From Mustelus asterias (lineage: Eukaryota), in the NCBI RefSeq assembly GCF_964213995.1, contig NC_135803.1:126852001-126916000 (forward strand): a stretch of 64,000 bases of DNA. The letters run 5' to 3'. The notes below the pieces were generated by a model that was not told the origin of the DNA, did no database searches, and was given only the letters and a program-made list of their open reading frames with translations. Made by a program: the position numbers and the translations under genes. This document shows, in pieces, positions 51,384 to 63,194 of this stretch; position 1 is the stretch's first letter, and every line of letters begins with the position of its first letter.

Positions 51384-53970
51384 ATATGGGCTGAAGTGAG
51401 AAATAGGAAAGGAGCGGTCACGTTGTTAGGAGTTTACTATAGGCCCCCAAATAGTAATAGAGATGTGGAGGAAGAAATTGCTAAGCAGATTATGGATATG
51501 TGTGGGGGTCACAGGGTAGTTGTCATGGGGGACTTTAACTTTCCAAATATTGATTGGAACCTTTGTAGGTCAAACAGTTCGGATGGGGCAGTTTTTGTGC
51601 AGTGTGTGCAGGAGGGTTTCCTGACACAATATGTGGATAGGCCGACAAGAGGTGAGGCCACATTGGATTTCGTACTGGGGAATGAACCAGACCAAGTGTT
51701 AGATTTGGTTGTGGGAGAGCACTTTGGAGATAGTGACCACAATTCGGTGTCTTTTGTTATTGCAATGGAGAGGGATAGGGCCGTACGGCAGGGCAAGGTT
51801 TACAATTGGGGGAAGAGGTAATTATGATGCGATTAGGCAAGAATTAGGGGGCATAAGATGGGAACAGAAACTGTCAGGGAAAGGCACTAATGAAAAGTGG
51901 AACTTTTTCAAGGAACAAATACTGCGTGTCCTTGATAGGTATGTCCCTGTCAGGCAGGGAGGAAATGGCCGAGTGAGGGAACCATGGTTCACGAAAGAGG
52001 TGGAATGTCTTGTGAAAAGGAAGAGGGAAGCTTATGTAGGGATGAGGAAACAAGGTTCAGATGGCTCGATTGAGGGTTACAAGTTAGCAAGGAATGAGCG
52101 GAAAAAGGGGCTTAGGAGAGCTAGGAGGGGGCATGAGAAGTCCTTGGCGGGTCGGATCAAGGAAAACCCCCAAGGCATTTTACTCTTATGTGAGGAATAA
52201 AAGAATGACCAGGGTGAGGTTAGGGCCGGTCAAGGACAGTAGTGGGAACTTGTGTATGGAGTCAGTAGAGATAGGCGAGGTGATGAATGAATACTTTTCT
52301 TCAGTGTTCACCAAGGAGAGGGGCCATGTTTTTGAGGAAGAGGAGGTGTTACAGGCTAATAGGCTGGAGGAAATAGATGTTTGGAGGGAGGATGTCCTGG
52401 CAGTTTTGAATAAACTGAAGGTCGATAAGTCCCCTGGGCCTGATGAAATGTATCCTAGGATTCTTTGGGAGGCAAGGGATGAGATTGCAGAGCCTTTGGC
52501 TTTGATCTTTGGGTCCTCACTGTCCACGGGGATGGTGTCAGAGGACTGGAGAGTGGCGAATGTTGTTCCTCTGTTTAAGAAAGGGAATAGAAATGACCCT
52601 GGTAATTATAGACCGGTTAGTCTTACTTTGGTGGTTGGTAAATTGATGGAAAAGGTCCTTAGGGATGGGATTTACGACCATTTAGAAAGATGCGGATTAA
52701 TCCAGGATAGTCAGCACGGATTCGTGAAGGACAAGTCGTGCCTCACAAATTTGATTGAATTTTTTGAGGAGGTAACTACGTGTGTTGATGAAGGTAGGGC
52801 AGTTGATGTCATATACATGGATTTTAGTAAGGCAAGGTCCCCCATGGTCGGCTTATGATGAAAGTAAGGAGGTGTGGGATAGAAGGAAAGTTGGCCGATT
52901 GGATAGGTAACTGGCTATCTGATCGAATACAGAGGGTGGTGGTGGATGGAAAATTTTTGGACTGGAGGCAGGTTGCTAGCGGAGTGCCACAGGGATCAGT
53001 GCTTGGTCCTCTGCTCTTTGTGATTTTTATTAATGACTTAGAGGAGGGGGCTGAAGGGTGGATCAGTAAATTTGCTGATGACACCAAGATTGGTGGAGTA
53101 GTGGATGAGGTGGAGGGCTGTTGTAGGCTGCAAAGAGACATAGATCGGATGCAAAGCTGGGCTGAAAAATGGCAAATGGAGTTTAACCCTGATAAATGTG
53201 AGGTGATTCATTTTGGTAGGACTAATTTAAATGTGAATTACAGGGTCAAAGGTAGGGTTCTGAAGACTGTGGAGGAACAGAGAGATCTTGGGGTCCATAT
53301 GCACAGATCTCTAAAGGTTGCCACTCAAGTGGATAGATCTGTGAAGGCGGCCTATAGTGCGTTAGCTTTTATTAACAGGGGGTTGGAGTTTAAGAGCCGT
53401 GGGGTTATGCTGCAACTGTACAGGACCTTGGTGAGACCACATTTGGAATATTGTGTGCAGTTCTGGTCATCTCACTATAAGAAGGATGTGGAAGCGCTGG
53501 AAAGAGTGCAGAGGAGATTTACCAGGATGCTGCCTGGTTTGGAGGGTAGGTCTTATGAGGAAAGGTTGAGGGAGCTAGGGCTGTTCTCTCTGGAGCAGAG
53601 GAGGCTGAGGGGAGACTTAATAGAGGTTTATAAAATGATGAAGGGGATAGATAGAGTGAACGTTCAAAGACTATTTCCTCGGGTGGATGGAGCTATTACA
53701 AGGGGGCATAACTATAGGGTTCATGGTGGGAGATATAGGAAGGATATCAGAGGTAGGTTCTTTACGCAGAGAGTGGTTGGGGTGTGGAATGGACTGCCTG
53801 CAGTGATAGTGGAGTCAGACACTTTAGGAACATTTAAGCGGTTATTGGATAGGCACATGGAGCACACCAGGATGATTGGGAGTGGGATAGCTTGATCTTG
53901 GTTTCAGATAAAGCTCGGCACAACATCGTGGGCTGAAGGGCCTGTTCTGTGCTGTACTGTTCTATGTTCT
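51384..53970 (+). mobile_element. Young 2.6-kb 5'-truncated CR1 LINE (APE + RT ORF2, three frameshifts)
   Basis: GVYYRPP, MGDFN, SDH endonuclease motifs; NYRPVSL, GVPQGSVLGP, FADD RT motifs; TSD AAAAGGTA at 51376-51383 and 53971-53978. Confidence 0.97.
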
Positions 53971-54053
53971 AAAAGGTACTGCCATTGTTTTTTAATTGTT
54001 TAAATCACCATACTGTATTATAAAGTGCTTTCAAATGGTTACGATGCACTCAC

Positions 54054-54130
54054 CTGCTTTGTATTCTCAGTATCGCTGTCAATGTTTCTTCTTCAAATTT
54101 CAATACATCAACAGGCAAGGCAGCTCCAAT
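54054..54130 (-). CDS. RPP14: RPP14 coding exon 3
   Basis: IGAALPVDVLKFEEETLTAILRIQS versus human VDAALPLDILTYEEKTLSAILRICS; 77 nt, ag/gt. Confidence 0.95.
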
Positions 54131-54435
54131 CTGCAAAATCAACATTGTCAGAACGTTAACCTTTAGAGTATGTCAGGTTGGAATTTCAAAGGTATATTCA
54201 AACACATTTTCCAAAGGTGAAAGAGTAAAAATGGCTACTTGCCCTCAAAGTGATTGATAAATTCCACATTAGACTTCTTTGTGCTATGTACTGAAAATGC
54301 AATAAATAAGCACTGGACAGATGATATAGTACAAATAGAGGTTGATTGTTCGTCCTCCAACCTCAAGACGTTTTAAAACATACAATTTGACTTTTGCTTG
54401 CATTTTTTGAAACAGCAGGCAAATTACCACCGCTT

Positions 54436-54733
54436 GCACAGTGACACAGTGGCTAATGCTGCTGTCGGACAGCTCCAGGGACCCGGGTTGAATTCCTGCC
54501 TCGGGTGACTGTCTGTGTGGAGTTTGCATGTTCTCCCCGTGTCTGTGTGGGTTTCCTCCAGTTTCCTCCCACACTCCAAAGATGTGCGGGTTAGGTTGAC
54601 TGACTATGTTAAATTGCTCCTTAGTGTCAGGGGGACTAACAGGGTAAATATGGGGATAGGGCCTGAGTGAGATTCTTGTTGGTGCAGGCTTAATGGGCCA
54701 AATGGCCTCCTTCAGCACTGTAGGGATTTTATG
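54436..54733 (+). mobile_element. V-SINE (HE1-like), CR1-type tail
   Basis: Same family as 3723-4064, opposite strand. Confidence 0.85.
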
Positions 54734-56169
54734 AGTAGTACCACAGTAGCGTGGATGGATAGATGTAGAGGTGATTGCTATGGCCTTATTTCCGCATGTT
54801 AGGTGAGGAAAGCCCCCATTGGGACCATCGGTGTTGTGCTTTTCTTTGTTTTTTGTTAGTTATTCCGGGTCTAAGAAATCCTGTGCTTATCCTATGGTGG
54901 TGCAGACAAACTAAACTTCTTTATCTTGCCATTGGTTCAATTAAATTTTTGTCTCTGATGGACTGAGACAGAGTTTCTAAGTTTTCTCCATGGCCTTAGC
55001 TTTGATGAAAGTCTATCTCCCTGCTTGTAAAGCACAATTTGAAAGAAATGCCCATGTCAGTGTGGTTATCAACTTGCAGTCTGTTTTATCAGCTATAGTT
55101 TTATGCACTATTTCGTGGATTACCACGATTCCTTCACAAAGCCCACTGCTGAAAGGACTTTCAACTGCGGTATGAACACAGCGTTCATCTTTTCATACGT
55201 CTCTGAACTCAATATTGGCTAATTCCCTTCTATTATTAGTCAAACATTTGCTGGTGCCCCAAGCTCTTATACATTGCTCCATGATTTTGTCTATGATAAA
55301 CCTTTTGTCCTTGCTGCGTATTACTGAGGAAAGCTTTACCTGGCTGCCAAGTCTACAAAATATAGAATGAAAATAATTGTCATTGTCCCTTTAGAGCCAT
55401 GGCAACTACTTCATTAAAGCCATGTGTTAATGGAAGGTTTACTATCAAACCTGGTGGCATTTTCCAATTAATTTTACACATTTCACACTTCGCACTAATC
55501 TCTTCCATTCGGCGTACATATTAATCGTCAGCCAGCTGTATCTTTTAGCAGGATTTTTAATCAACTGGCTCTCCTTCTCAGAGAAGGAAATACCAGTTAG
55601 AACCAGGAACCTGACCAAAATGAAACATATTGGCACAATGCAGCAATTTAAACGTTAATCCAGGGATTCTCAAATTAAATTGTCATCTTTTATATAATCT
55701 GTTGAAGTCTATGATATAACTCTTCATAGAATGACCTTAAGTTTCTGACTTCAACTTCAGAGCATGAACTACACCTTCACCCCATTTTTATTTTATTTCT
55801 TCTCATCTTATTCTTCCATTTTTATTACTTTATATTCTTATTTTTATTTCTCCACTTCTGAAATCTCGCTTCCATCTTGCCTTCCCAACTCCCCCTCCAG
55901 GGCCAACTGCCACATTCCTCAGGTTTTCGGCCACGAAAACTTGGTAAAGTCGGATATGAAGCGAGTAGCACGATCCACATTGCCTCTGCGCTGGTTCCCC
56001 CTTTATCAAGGCACGAAAATGGATGGGTTAGGGACTGTGTCCGAAACAGGCGCGACGTCATGCATTTAAATTGACTTAATGGCCTGCACGCCCAACCGTA
56101 CCTTTTTTAGGGGGGGGGGTCCACTGCCACTCTGCTTGAGATTGGTTTGGGGGGGGGGGGTGGAGGGAG

Positions 56170-57010
56170 AGGGGGGCTCCGCTGCCACTCTGCCCGCGGT
56201 CGGTGGAGGGGGGCTCCGCTGCCACTCTGCCCACGGTCGGTGGAGGGGGAGGGGGGCTCCGCTGCCACTCTGCCCACGGTCGGTGGAGGGGGGCTCCGCT
56301 GCCACTCTGCCCACGGTCGGTGGAGGGGGGCTCCGCTGCCACTCTGCCCACGGTCGGTGGAGGGGGGCTCCGCTGCCACTCTGCCCACGGTCGGTGGAGG
56401 GGGGCTCCGCTGCCACTCTGCCCACGGTCGGTGGAGGGGGGCTCCGCTGCCACTCTGCCCACGGTCGGTGGAGGGGGGCTCCGCTGCCACTCTGCCCACG
56501 GTCGGTGGAGGGGGAGGGGGGCTCCGCTGCCACTCTGCCCACGGTCGGTGGAGGGGGAGGGGGGCTCCGCTGCCACTCTGCCCACGGTCGGTGGAGGGGG
56601 AGGGGGGCTCCGCTGCCACTCTGCCCACGGTCGGTGGAGGGGGAGGGGGGCTCCGCTGCCACTCTGCCCACGGTCGGTGGAGGGGGAGGGGGGCTCCGCT
56701 GCCACTCTGCCCACGGTCGGTGGAGGGGGAGGGGGGCTCCGCTGCCACTCTGCCCACGGTCGGTGGAGGGGGAGGGGGGCTCCGCTGCCACTCTGCCCAC
56801 GGTCGGTGGAGGGGGAGGGGGGCTCCGCTGCCACTCTGCCCACGGTCGGTGGAGGGGGAGGGGGGCTCCGCTGCCACTCTGCCCACGGTCGGTGGAGGGG
56901 GAGGGGGGCTCCGCTGCCACTCTGCCCACGGTCGGTGGAGGGGGGAGGGTGGGCTCCGCTGCCACTCTGCCCGCGGTCGGTGGAGGGGAAGGGTGGGCTC
57001 CGCTGCCAAT
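56170..57010. repeat. G-rich minisatellite, ~21 copies of a 37/43-bp unit, inside a GC-rich element (~55980-57375)
   Basis: Unit GGA(GGGGGA)GGGGGGCTCCGCTGCCACTCTGCCCACGGTCGGT; CTCCGCTGCC recurs at 37- or 43-nt spacing (44-45 nt for the last two degenerate units) from 56177 to 56998. Confidence 0.97.
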
Positions 57011-57399
57011 CTGGGGAGGGGCCCGTGATTGGTCTGGCTGGCAGGGACGTGGGGGGATAAAGTAATGTTGTTGGGTGGAGAAATGTCTGTGGGGACCAGG
57101 GGGAGGCATTATAGGCCCGAGAGAGATGTGGCAGGGGAATAACTATCATTTTTCTTTCTTCGCATGTGCAGTTGGAGGCGCCAATTGGAGCTGCAGGGTT
57201 ACAGGCGCGTTAAGCCCCACTCACAGGCTTGTGCAGCACGATTCGGAATCGCTGATATTTTTGTAGACAGAGTGTGTATGGGGGCACTTGAGAACGGGTC
57301 TAAAAGTCGGATCTGAAACACTCCCAGTTTCAAGTCCGCCCAGCACTTCGAATCAAAATGATAAAATAGGGCCCCCCATCTCTTAATGGACACTCGTCG

Positions 57400-57613
57400 C
57401 ATCTTTCTCAGCCTTTATCATCACTATTTACATCCTTTTGTCCAATTACAGACCCCCTCCTCGCACCCTCAGTATTTGTCTTTAGCTCTGACGAAGGATC
57501 GTCCTGATTTGAAACACTGGCTCTATTCTCTCACCACAGAAGCTGTCAGATCTGCTGAGTTTTTCCAGCACTTGGTTTTTGTTTCAGATTCCAGCATCCG
57601 CAGTATTTTGCTT
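57400..57613 (+). mobile_element. Second Penelope-derived short repeat with degenerate hammerhead-like motif
   Basis: CTGACGA-AGGATC...GATTT-GAAAC at 57488-57515; stems I and III imperfect. Confidence 0.5.
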
Positions 57614-58891
57614 CCAGTTTCTGAAATTTGTTAAAGACTGGCCATGCCTTATGGGCATTCAACACACCACCTTTCGTGTTAATTTCACTGAAGACCTCTA
57701 GAACAGGGGTACCCAAACTGTGGGTCACACCCCTTAGGAGGTTATGAGCTCTGAGGCCATAATGACAGCAATGAAGCAGAGACTTAAAGTCTTGGGAGTG
57801 GCTTCGAGGCCACTCCTACAATTCAAAAAACAGAAAACACATTCATGCAATTTCTTAACAGGCTTTTGATGCAGACTGACTCAAAGCCTCATAATTCTTA
57901 GTATCTTGGTGATTTCTACCCCTCCTTTCGCCAGTCACTTAAGTTCTCTTCACTATGACCACTGTATCTCATGTATGAGAATACAGAGTGACATTAAAAA
58001 TGAAAAAGCTTCTGCTACTGCATTTTCTTCACCTGCTGTGCTTAATTGTTCAAACTTTCAGTCACTTTGTATGTATGGAAATTATGAACAGATCACAATG
58101 TTCTCCTCTTGATTATTTATGCTGATTTGCACTCGTTTCCATTGGTTTTTACATCCTAACATACCATTGAATCATAGAATAGTCATGGTGCAGATCATTT
58201 GGCCCAAAATGCCCTTTCAGTTCTCTGCAAGAGCAACTCAGTTAGCCTTACTCCTCTGCCTTTTCCCATCAAGCTGTATTTTTTCCCCTACTGAGCCTTA
58301 TCCAATTTTCTTTTGAAAGTTGATTGAATCTGCCTCTGCCACAGGCACTGTATTCCAGATCCTACTATTTGCTGTGTAAAACAGATTCTCCTTATGTCAC
58401 TCAATATTGGTTCTTTTGCCAATCATTTTAAATTTAGGATCCCCTGGTTGATTATTCTTCTGTCAATGTAGTTTCTATCTACTTTGTCCAAATGTCTCAT
58501 AATTTTGAACACTTCAACTAACTCTTCTCGAAGGAAAATAACTCCTAGTTCTCAAATACATCTGTATAAATGAAGTCCTTCACCACTAGAGCCATTCTCA
58601 GCCATTGCCACAGAGCAACGCCATCAGTGCCGGTTCAATTCCCGTACCAGCTGAGGTTTTCATGAAGGCCCACCTTCTCAACCTTGCCTCTCACCTGAGG
58701 TGTGCTGATGCTCAGGTTAAATACCACCAGTCAGCTCTCCCCCTCAAAAGGGGAGAACAGCCTATGGTCATCTGGGAGACTATGGCGACTTTTTCTCATA
58801 GATCTTTTCTGCACCATCTCTCAAGCTTTCACATTACTCTTGAAGTTTGGAGTCCAGAATTGGGCACAATAATCCAAATGAGGCTAATAAT

Positions 58892-59357
58892 ATTGTAAGA
58901 AATCTCACAACACCAGGTTAAAGTCCAACAGGTTTATTCGGTAGCAAAAGCCACTAGCTTCTGGAGCGCTGCTCCTTCGTCAGGTACGTGGGAGTTCTGT
59001 TCACAGACAGGGTATATAAAGACAAACTCAATTTACAAAATAATGGTTGGAATGCGAGTCTTTATAGGTAATCAAGTCTTAAAGGTACAGACAATGTGAG
59101 TGGAGTGCACGTTAAGCACAGGTTAAAGAGATGTGTATTGTCTCCAGACAGGACAGTTAGTGAGATTTTGCAAGCCCAGGCAAGTCGTGGGGCTTACAGA
59201 TAGTGTGACATGAACCCAAGATCCCGGTTGAGGCTGTCCTCATGTGTGCAGAACGTGGCTATCAGTCTCTGCTCAGCGACTCTGCGTTGTTGAACCCTGG
59301 TGTTGTGAGACTTCTTACTGTGTTTACCCCAGTCCAACGCCGGCATCTCCACATCAG
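58892..59357. mobile_element. Penelope-like element (fold-back) retaining the GIY-YIG endonuclease C-terminus
   Basis: Minus 59292->59194 encodes QQRRVAEQRLIATFCTHEDSLNRDLGFMSHYL*, the typical PLE E..LI..F.T...GLN.D ending; TSD GGCTAATAAT at 58882-58891 and 59358-59367. Confidence 0.9.
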
Positions 59358-59789
59358 GGCTAATAATGTTCCCAAGGAATATTGGTGTAAATTGCTAGAT
59401 TGCATGCATTTGGACAAAACTGGGGATATATATAGCATTTCACTAACTCCGAGTTAACTTATTGAAAACGTTTGGGTGCCTGCCCCGTTTTACCATCAAG
59501 GAGAAATTCCTAACTAATCCAACCACAATGCCAGTGTTGTCATGTGTTCAGCAAATCAAGTTTTCAGTGAGTTCATTTTTTGTGTCACTTCAAAATCATC
59601 TTTCCCATTCGAATTTTAAATGGAATAATTTATCCCTCTTGTTGTTAAACGGCTGCTGCATTCTGCGCGCTGTGCAAGTTCCCCCCTTACAGTATCAGCT
59701 GCCGAGAGCACGGTGCTCGGATAGCGGGAACGGCCTGGAAGGGAAGCGGCAGCACCTGTCAGCGCCACCCCGAGTTACTGCACTCTTAC

Positions 59790-59880
59790 CTCTCCGTGCA
59801 GATCCTTCAGCGCCGAAACGATCAGCTGTTTAAAGTGGGCGGCGTTCAGCCTGAGCCCAGGCCTCCTTTCCTCAAATTCA
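59790..59880 (-). CDS. RPP14: RPP14 coding exon 2
   Basis: (L)EFEERRPGLRLNAAHFKQLIVSALKDLHGE versus human EFQDCGVGLNAAQFKQLLISAVKDLFGE; 91 nt, ag/gt. Confidence 0.95.
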
Positions 59881-59980
59881 CTGTTTAAAAAAGAGAAAAG
59901 AGAGCCTGGAGTGAGTGAGTGAGCGGAGCAGGAGGGACTCGACAGAACCGCTCGGCACCGGGAATCTGCTTTACACTCAC

Positions 59981-60063
59981 AGGCCGACCTTCAGGTAGTG
60001 ATAGTCGCAGGGGTTTCTGGAAACGAGCCGTTCATAGGCCGCGTCCTCGCCCGGGTGGATCAT
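59981..60063 (-). CDS. RPP14: RPP14 coding exon 1 (ribonuclease P protein subunit p14)
   Basis: MIHPGEDAAYERLVSRNPCDYHYLKVG versus human MPAPAATYERVVYKNPSEYHYMKVC; donor GTGAGT; an in-frame upstream ATG at 60159 makes the start slightly uncertain. Confidence 0.92.
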
Positions 60064-60109
60064 GCCGGTAAGCGGCGACTCGCTGACAGGCAGCTCGAGG
60101 CCTCGACCA

Positions 60110-60320
60110 ACGGCGGGCGGCTCACTTCCGGTCACCGTCACCAGGCAACCGCAGGCCATGTGACCATCACTTCCGACCCCCGTTGGCCGTCACATGCGCA
60201 GCCCGGCGTCAACGGCGCATGCGCTGTCCCTCTGCGGGGTTGTCCTCTTGGGAAACGCTGATGGCCAAGCGCATGGGAAGTATTTGTTTCCGGTGTGAGT
60301 GGGGGGTGTGAAGCGGAAAT
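60110..60320. promoter_or_regulatory. RPP14/HTD2 CpG-island promoter with ETS/GABP and NRF1 motifs
   Basis: CACTTCCG at 60123-60130 and 60168-60175; GCGCATGCGC at 60215-60224; CATGCGCA at 60193-60200. Confidence 0.75.
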
Positions 60321-60480
60321 GATTCTAGTATCAACGTTGCTGGATGTAATCACCTTCATTTATTAACCGAATGTTTTACAGAGGGGCAGCACTCTGGATG
60401 GGATTGGGGGGGGGGGGGATAGTTGAAAGTGGAGTGCCACGAGGGGGCCCAGGGGCAGGTGTATGATGGCGGTGTCGGTG

Positions 60481-60950
60481 TAGTGGCGGATTAACCATTA
60501 GGCTGAGTAGGCTTAGGCCTAGGGGCCCGGACAGGAGGGGGGCCCTGAGAGCAAAAAAATCACTAACTGTTCAGGTGAGCGTTCATTTTCGGCACTGAAG
60601 AGGATCAAAATCTATTTGCGCTCAACAATGAGCGATGAGAAACTTAGTCATCTGGCACTCATGCACATTGAATCAGACACGCTTCGATCTGTTGATTTAC
60701 ATGCTGTTATCGACACTTTTGTAAACCAAAAAGCACAAGCTTTTTAAAGTACAAATGTAAAGAAAATGAAAAATAAATGAATAAAAGGGCTGTAATTGAT
60801 TCATATAACTTTATATTATACATGTAGTACATTATACATAGTACAACAATATGTTATCTAACGTCACTTTATTCTATTCATCGAAGGGTGGGTCAGGGGG
60901 CCTTACTAAAGCTCAGCCTTGGTGTCCGGGTGGTAGTTAATCTGCCACTT
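60481..60950 (+). mobile_element. Internally deleted hAT DNA transposon
   Basis: TIR AGTGGCGGATTAAC / GTTAATCTGCCACT (1 mismatch); 60559-60747 encodes ITNCSGERSFSALKRIKIYLRSTMSDEKLSHLALMHIE...*, the hAT C-terminal dimerisation motif. Confidence 0.9.
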
Positions 60951-61565
60951 TGGGGGGGGGGGGGGTGGCTGGTTTCAACCGGTTAAACCAGCAGCTTCTA
61001 ACATCAGAACGGAAAAAGCAAGTGATGAGCAGATGTTTTGCTGAGAGTTACTTGGGTTAGGGTGCGACAAACGTGACCACCAATGGGCAATGGCCAATCA
61101 ACCTAACCAGTTCCAAATGGGCGGCACAGTGGTTAGCACAGCGCTAGGGACCCGGGTTTGATTCCCAACTTGGGTCATTGTGTGGAGTTTGCACGTTCTC
61201 CATGTGTCTGCATGAGTTTTCTCCGGGTGCTCTGGTTTCCTCCCACAGTCTGAAAGACGTGCTGGTTAGCTGTAATGGCCATACTAAATTCTCCCTCAAT
61301 GTACCTGAACAGGCGCCAGAGTGTGACAACTCGGGGATTTTCACAGTAACTTCATTGCAGTGTTAATGTAAGCCTACTTGTGACACTAATAAACTAAATA
61401 TAGAGTCCCTACACTGCAGAGGGAAGCCATTTGGCCCATGTAGTCTGCACTGACTCTTACCCAGGCTTACCTTATAACTCCACGGATTTACCCTGCTAAT
61501 CCCCCATACCTATATATCTTGGGACACTAATGGGCAATGGCCATTCAACCTAACCAGTTCCAACT

Positions 61566-61891
61566 GGGGCAGCACGGTTGGACAGTGGTTAGCACTGTTG
61601 TCTCATAGCGCCAGGGACACGGGTTCAATTCCGATCTCAGGTGACTTTGTGGAGTTTGCACATTCTCCCCGTGTCTGCGTGGGTTTTCTCTGGGTGCTAA
61701 GGTTTCCTCCCACAGTCCAAAGATGTGCAGGTTAGGTTGATTGGCCATGTTAAATTGACCCTTAGTGTCAGGAGATTATCAAGGTAAATATGGGGGGTGG
61801 GGGTTACAGGGATAGGGTCTGGGTGGGAGTTTTGTTGGTGCAGGCTTGATGGGCCAAATGGCTGCATTCTGCACTGTAGGGATTCTGTGAT
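61566..61891 (+). mobile_element. V-SINE (HE1-like), CR1-type tail; inverted SINE fragment at ~61400-61558
   Basis: Same family as 3723-4064. Confidence 0.85.
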
Positions 61892-63194
61892 TAAAAATGA
61901 CAAGGGCCAATGATTAAATATATAGAACTTTAGGCATTTTCTGACATTTGTTAAATCCTTTGAATATCTGAAATATAAATAACAAAATACATTGTTGGTA
62001 ATATCTAATGTTTAACATGTATTCTGTCAGAGAAACTGGCCAAGAATATTTAGGAAATATTAGTATTGGGGAAAACCCTCCATTGGTTGGAGTCATACCT
62101 GGCACAAAGGAAGATAGTTGTTGTAGCCTCTCCACCATCCATAAGGCACAAATCGGGAGTATAATGGAATACTTGCCTGGATGAGTGAGGCTCCAAGAAC
62201 ACCCAAGACGTTCGACACCATCTAGGACAAAGCAGCCCACTTGATTGCGACCCCTTCCACAAACAATTCAATTCCTCCACCACCGATGAACAGTGGCAGC
62301 CATGTGCACCATTTACAAGATGCGCTACAGGAACTCGCCAAGCTTCCTTAAGCAGCACCTTCCAAATCCATGACCATTACCATCTACAAGGACAAGAGCA
62401 GCAAATACCAGGCAACACACTACCTGAAGGTTCCCCTCCAAGTCATCCTGACTTGGAAATATATCACTGTTCCTTCACTGTCACTGAGTCAAAATTCTGG
62501 AACTCCCTTCCTAACAGTACTGTGGGTGTACCTACATCACTGCAGCAGTTCAAGAAGGATGCTGACCACCACCTTCTGTAGGGCAACTAGGGATGGGCAA
62601 TGAATACTGGCTTTGCCAGGAACACCGATATCCCATAAATACATTTCAGAAAAGTACGATTCTGGGTCTGAGCAATGAGAGGCTACAGGTCAAAGCATTC
62701 CTTCCTACTGAACTTTCTCATCTGTTTTGCCTTTACAATTCATATCTGCAGCTTTACTAAATTACTTTGACATTATTTATTCCCCATACTTAGTTGTCCT
62801 GAAGTCATTAAGAGTTAAATCTGTAGTGTGGGAATAGAGCCACATGAAGTGTAGACTGGAAGTCATTATTGAATCTATTTTGAGAAGGGAATTATTGAAC
62901 TAGCAAAAGCACATCTGTTTTAGAAAGACTTTAGTTGAAGAACTTAGTCAAAATAGAATACCACCCCGCCTTCTCAAACCAGGAACCTGCCTCATTCATC
63001 AAGTTTCAGCGCAAACAACATATACAAGGATGCTTAGCATAACAGACTTCTGAAATAATGCACAACAGGTGGTCCTTCAAAGATGTAATAGAATGCAAAT
63101 TTAAATGAACTTTAAAATATGGGATGAATGATCCAATATTAGCTCGTGTAAGGTAATACAGCATGCCTCTTCACACCTGTAATTCTCTTCATAC

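Noticed and set aside
56066-57149. Six 285-357 aa ORFs on both strands
   Set aside because: Translations of a stop-free minisatellite; repetitive peptides in all frames
60064-60159. 32-aa N-terminal extension of RPP14 from ATG 60159
   Set aside because: Overlaps promoter ETS motifs, has weaker -3 context and no counterpart in recalled orthologues; possible but unsupported
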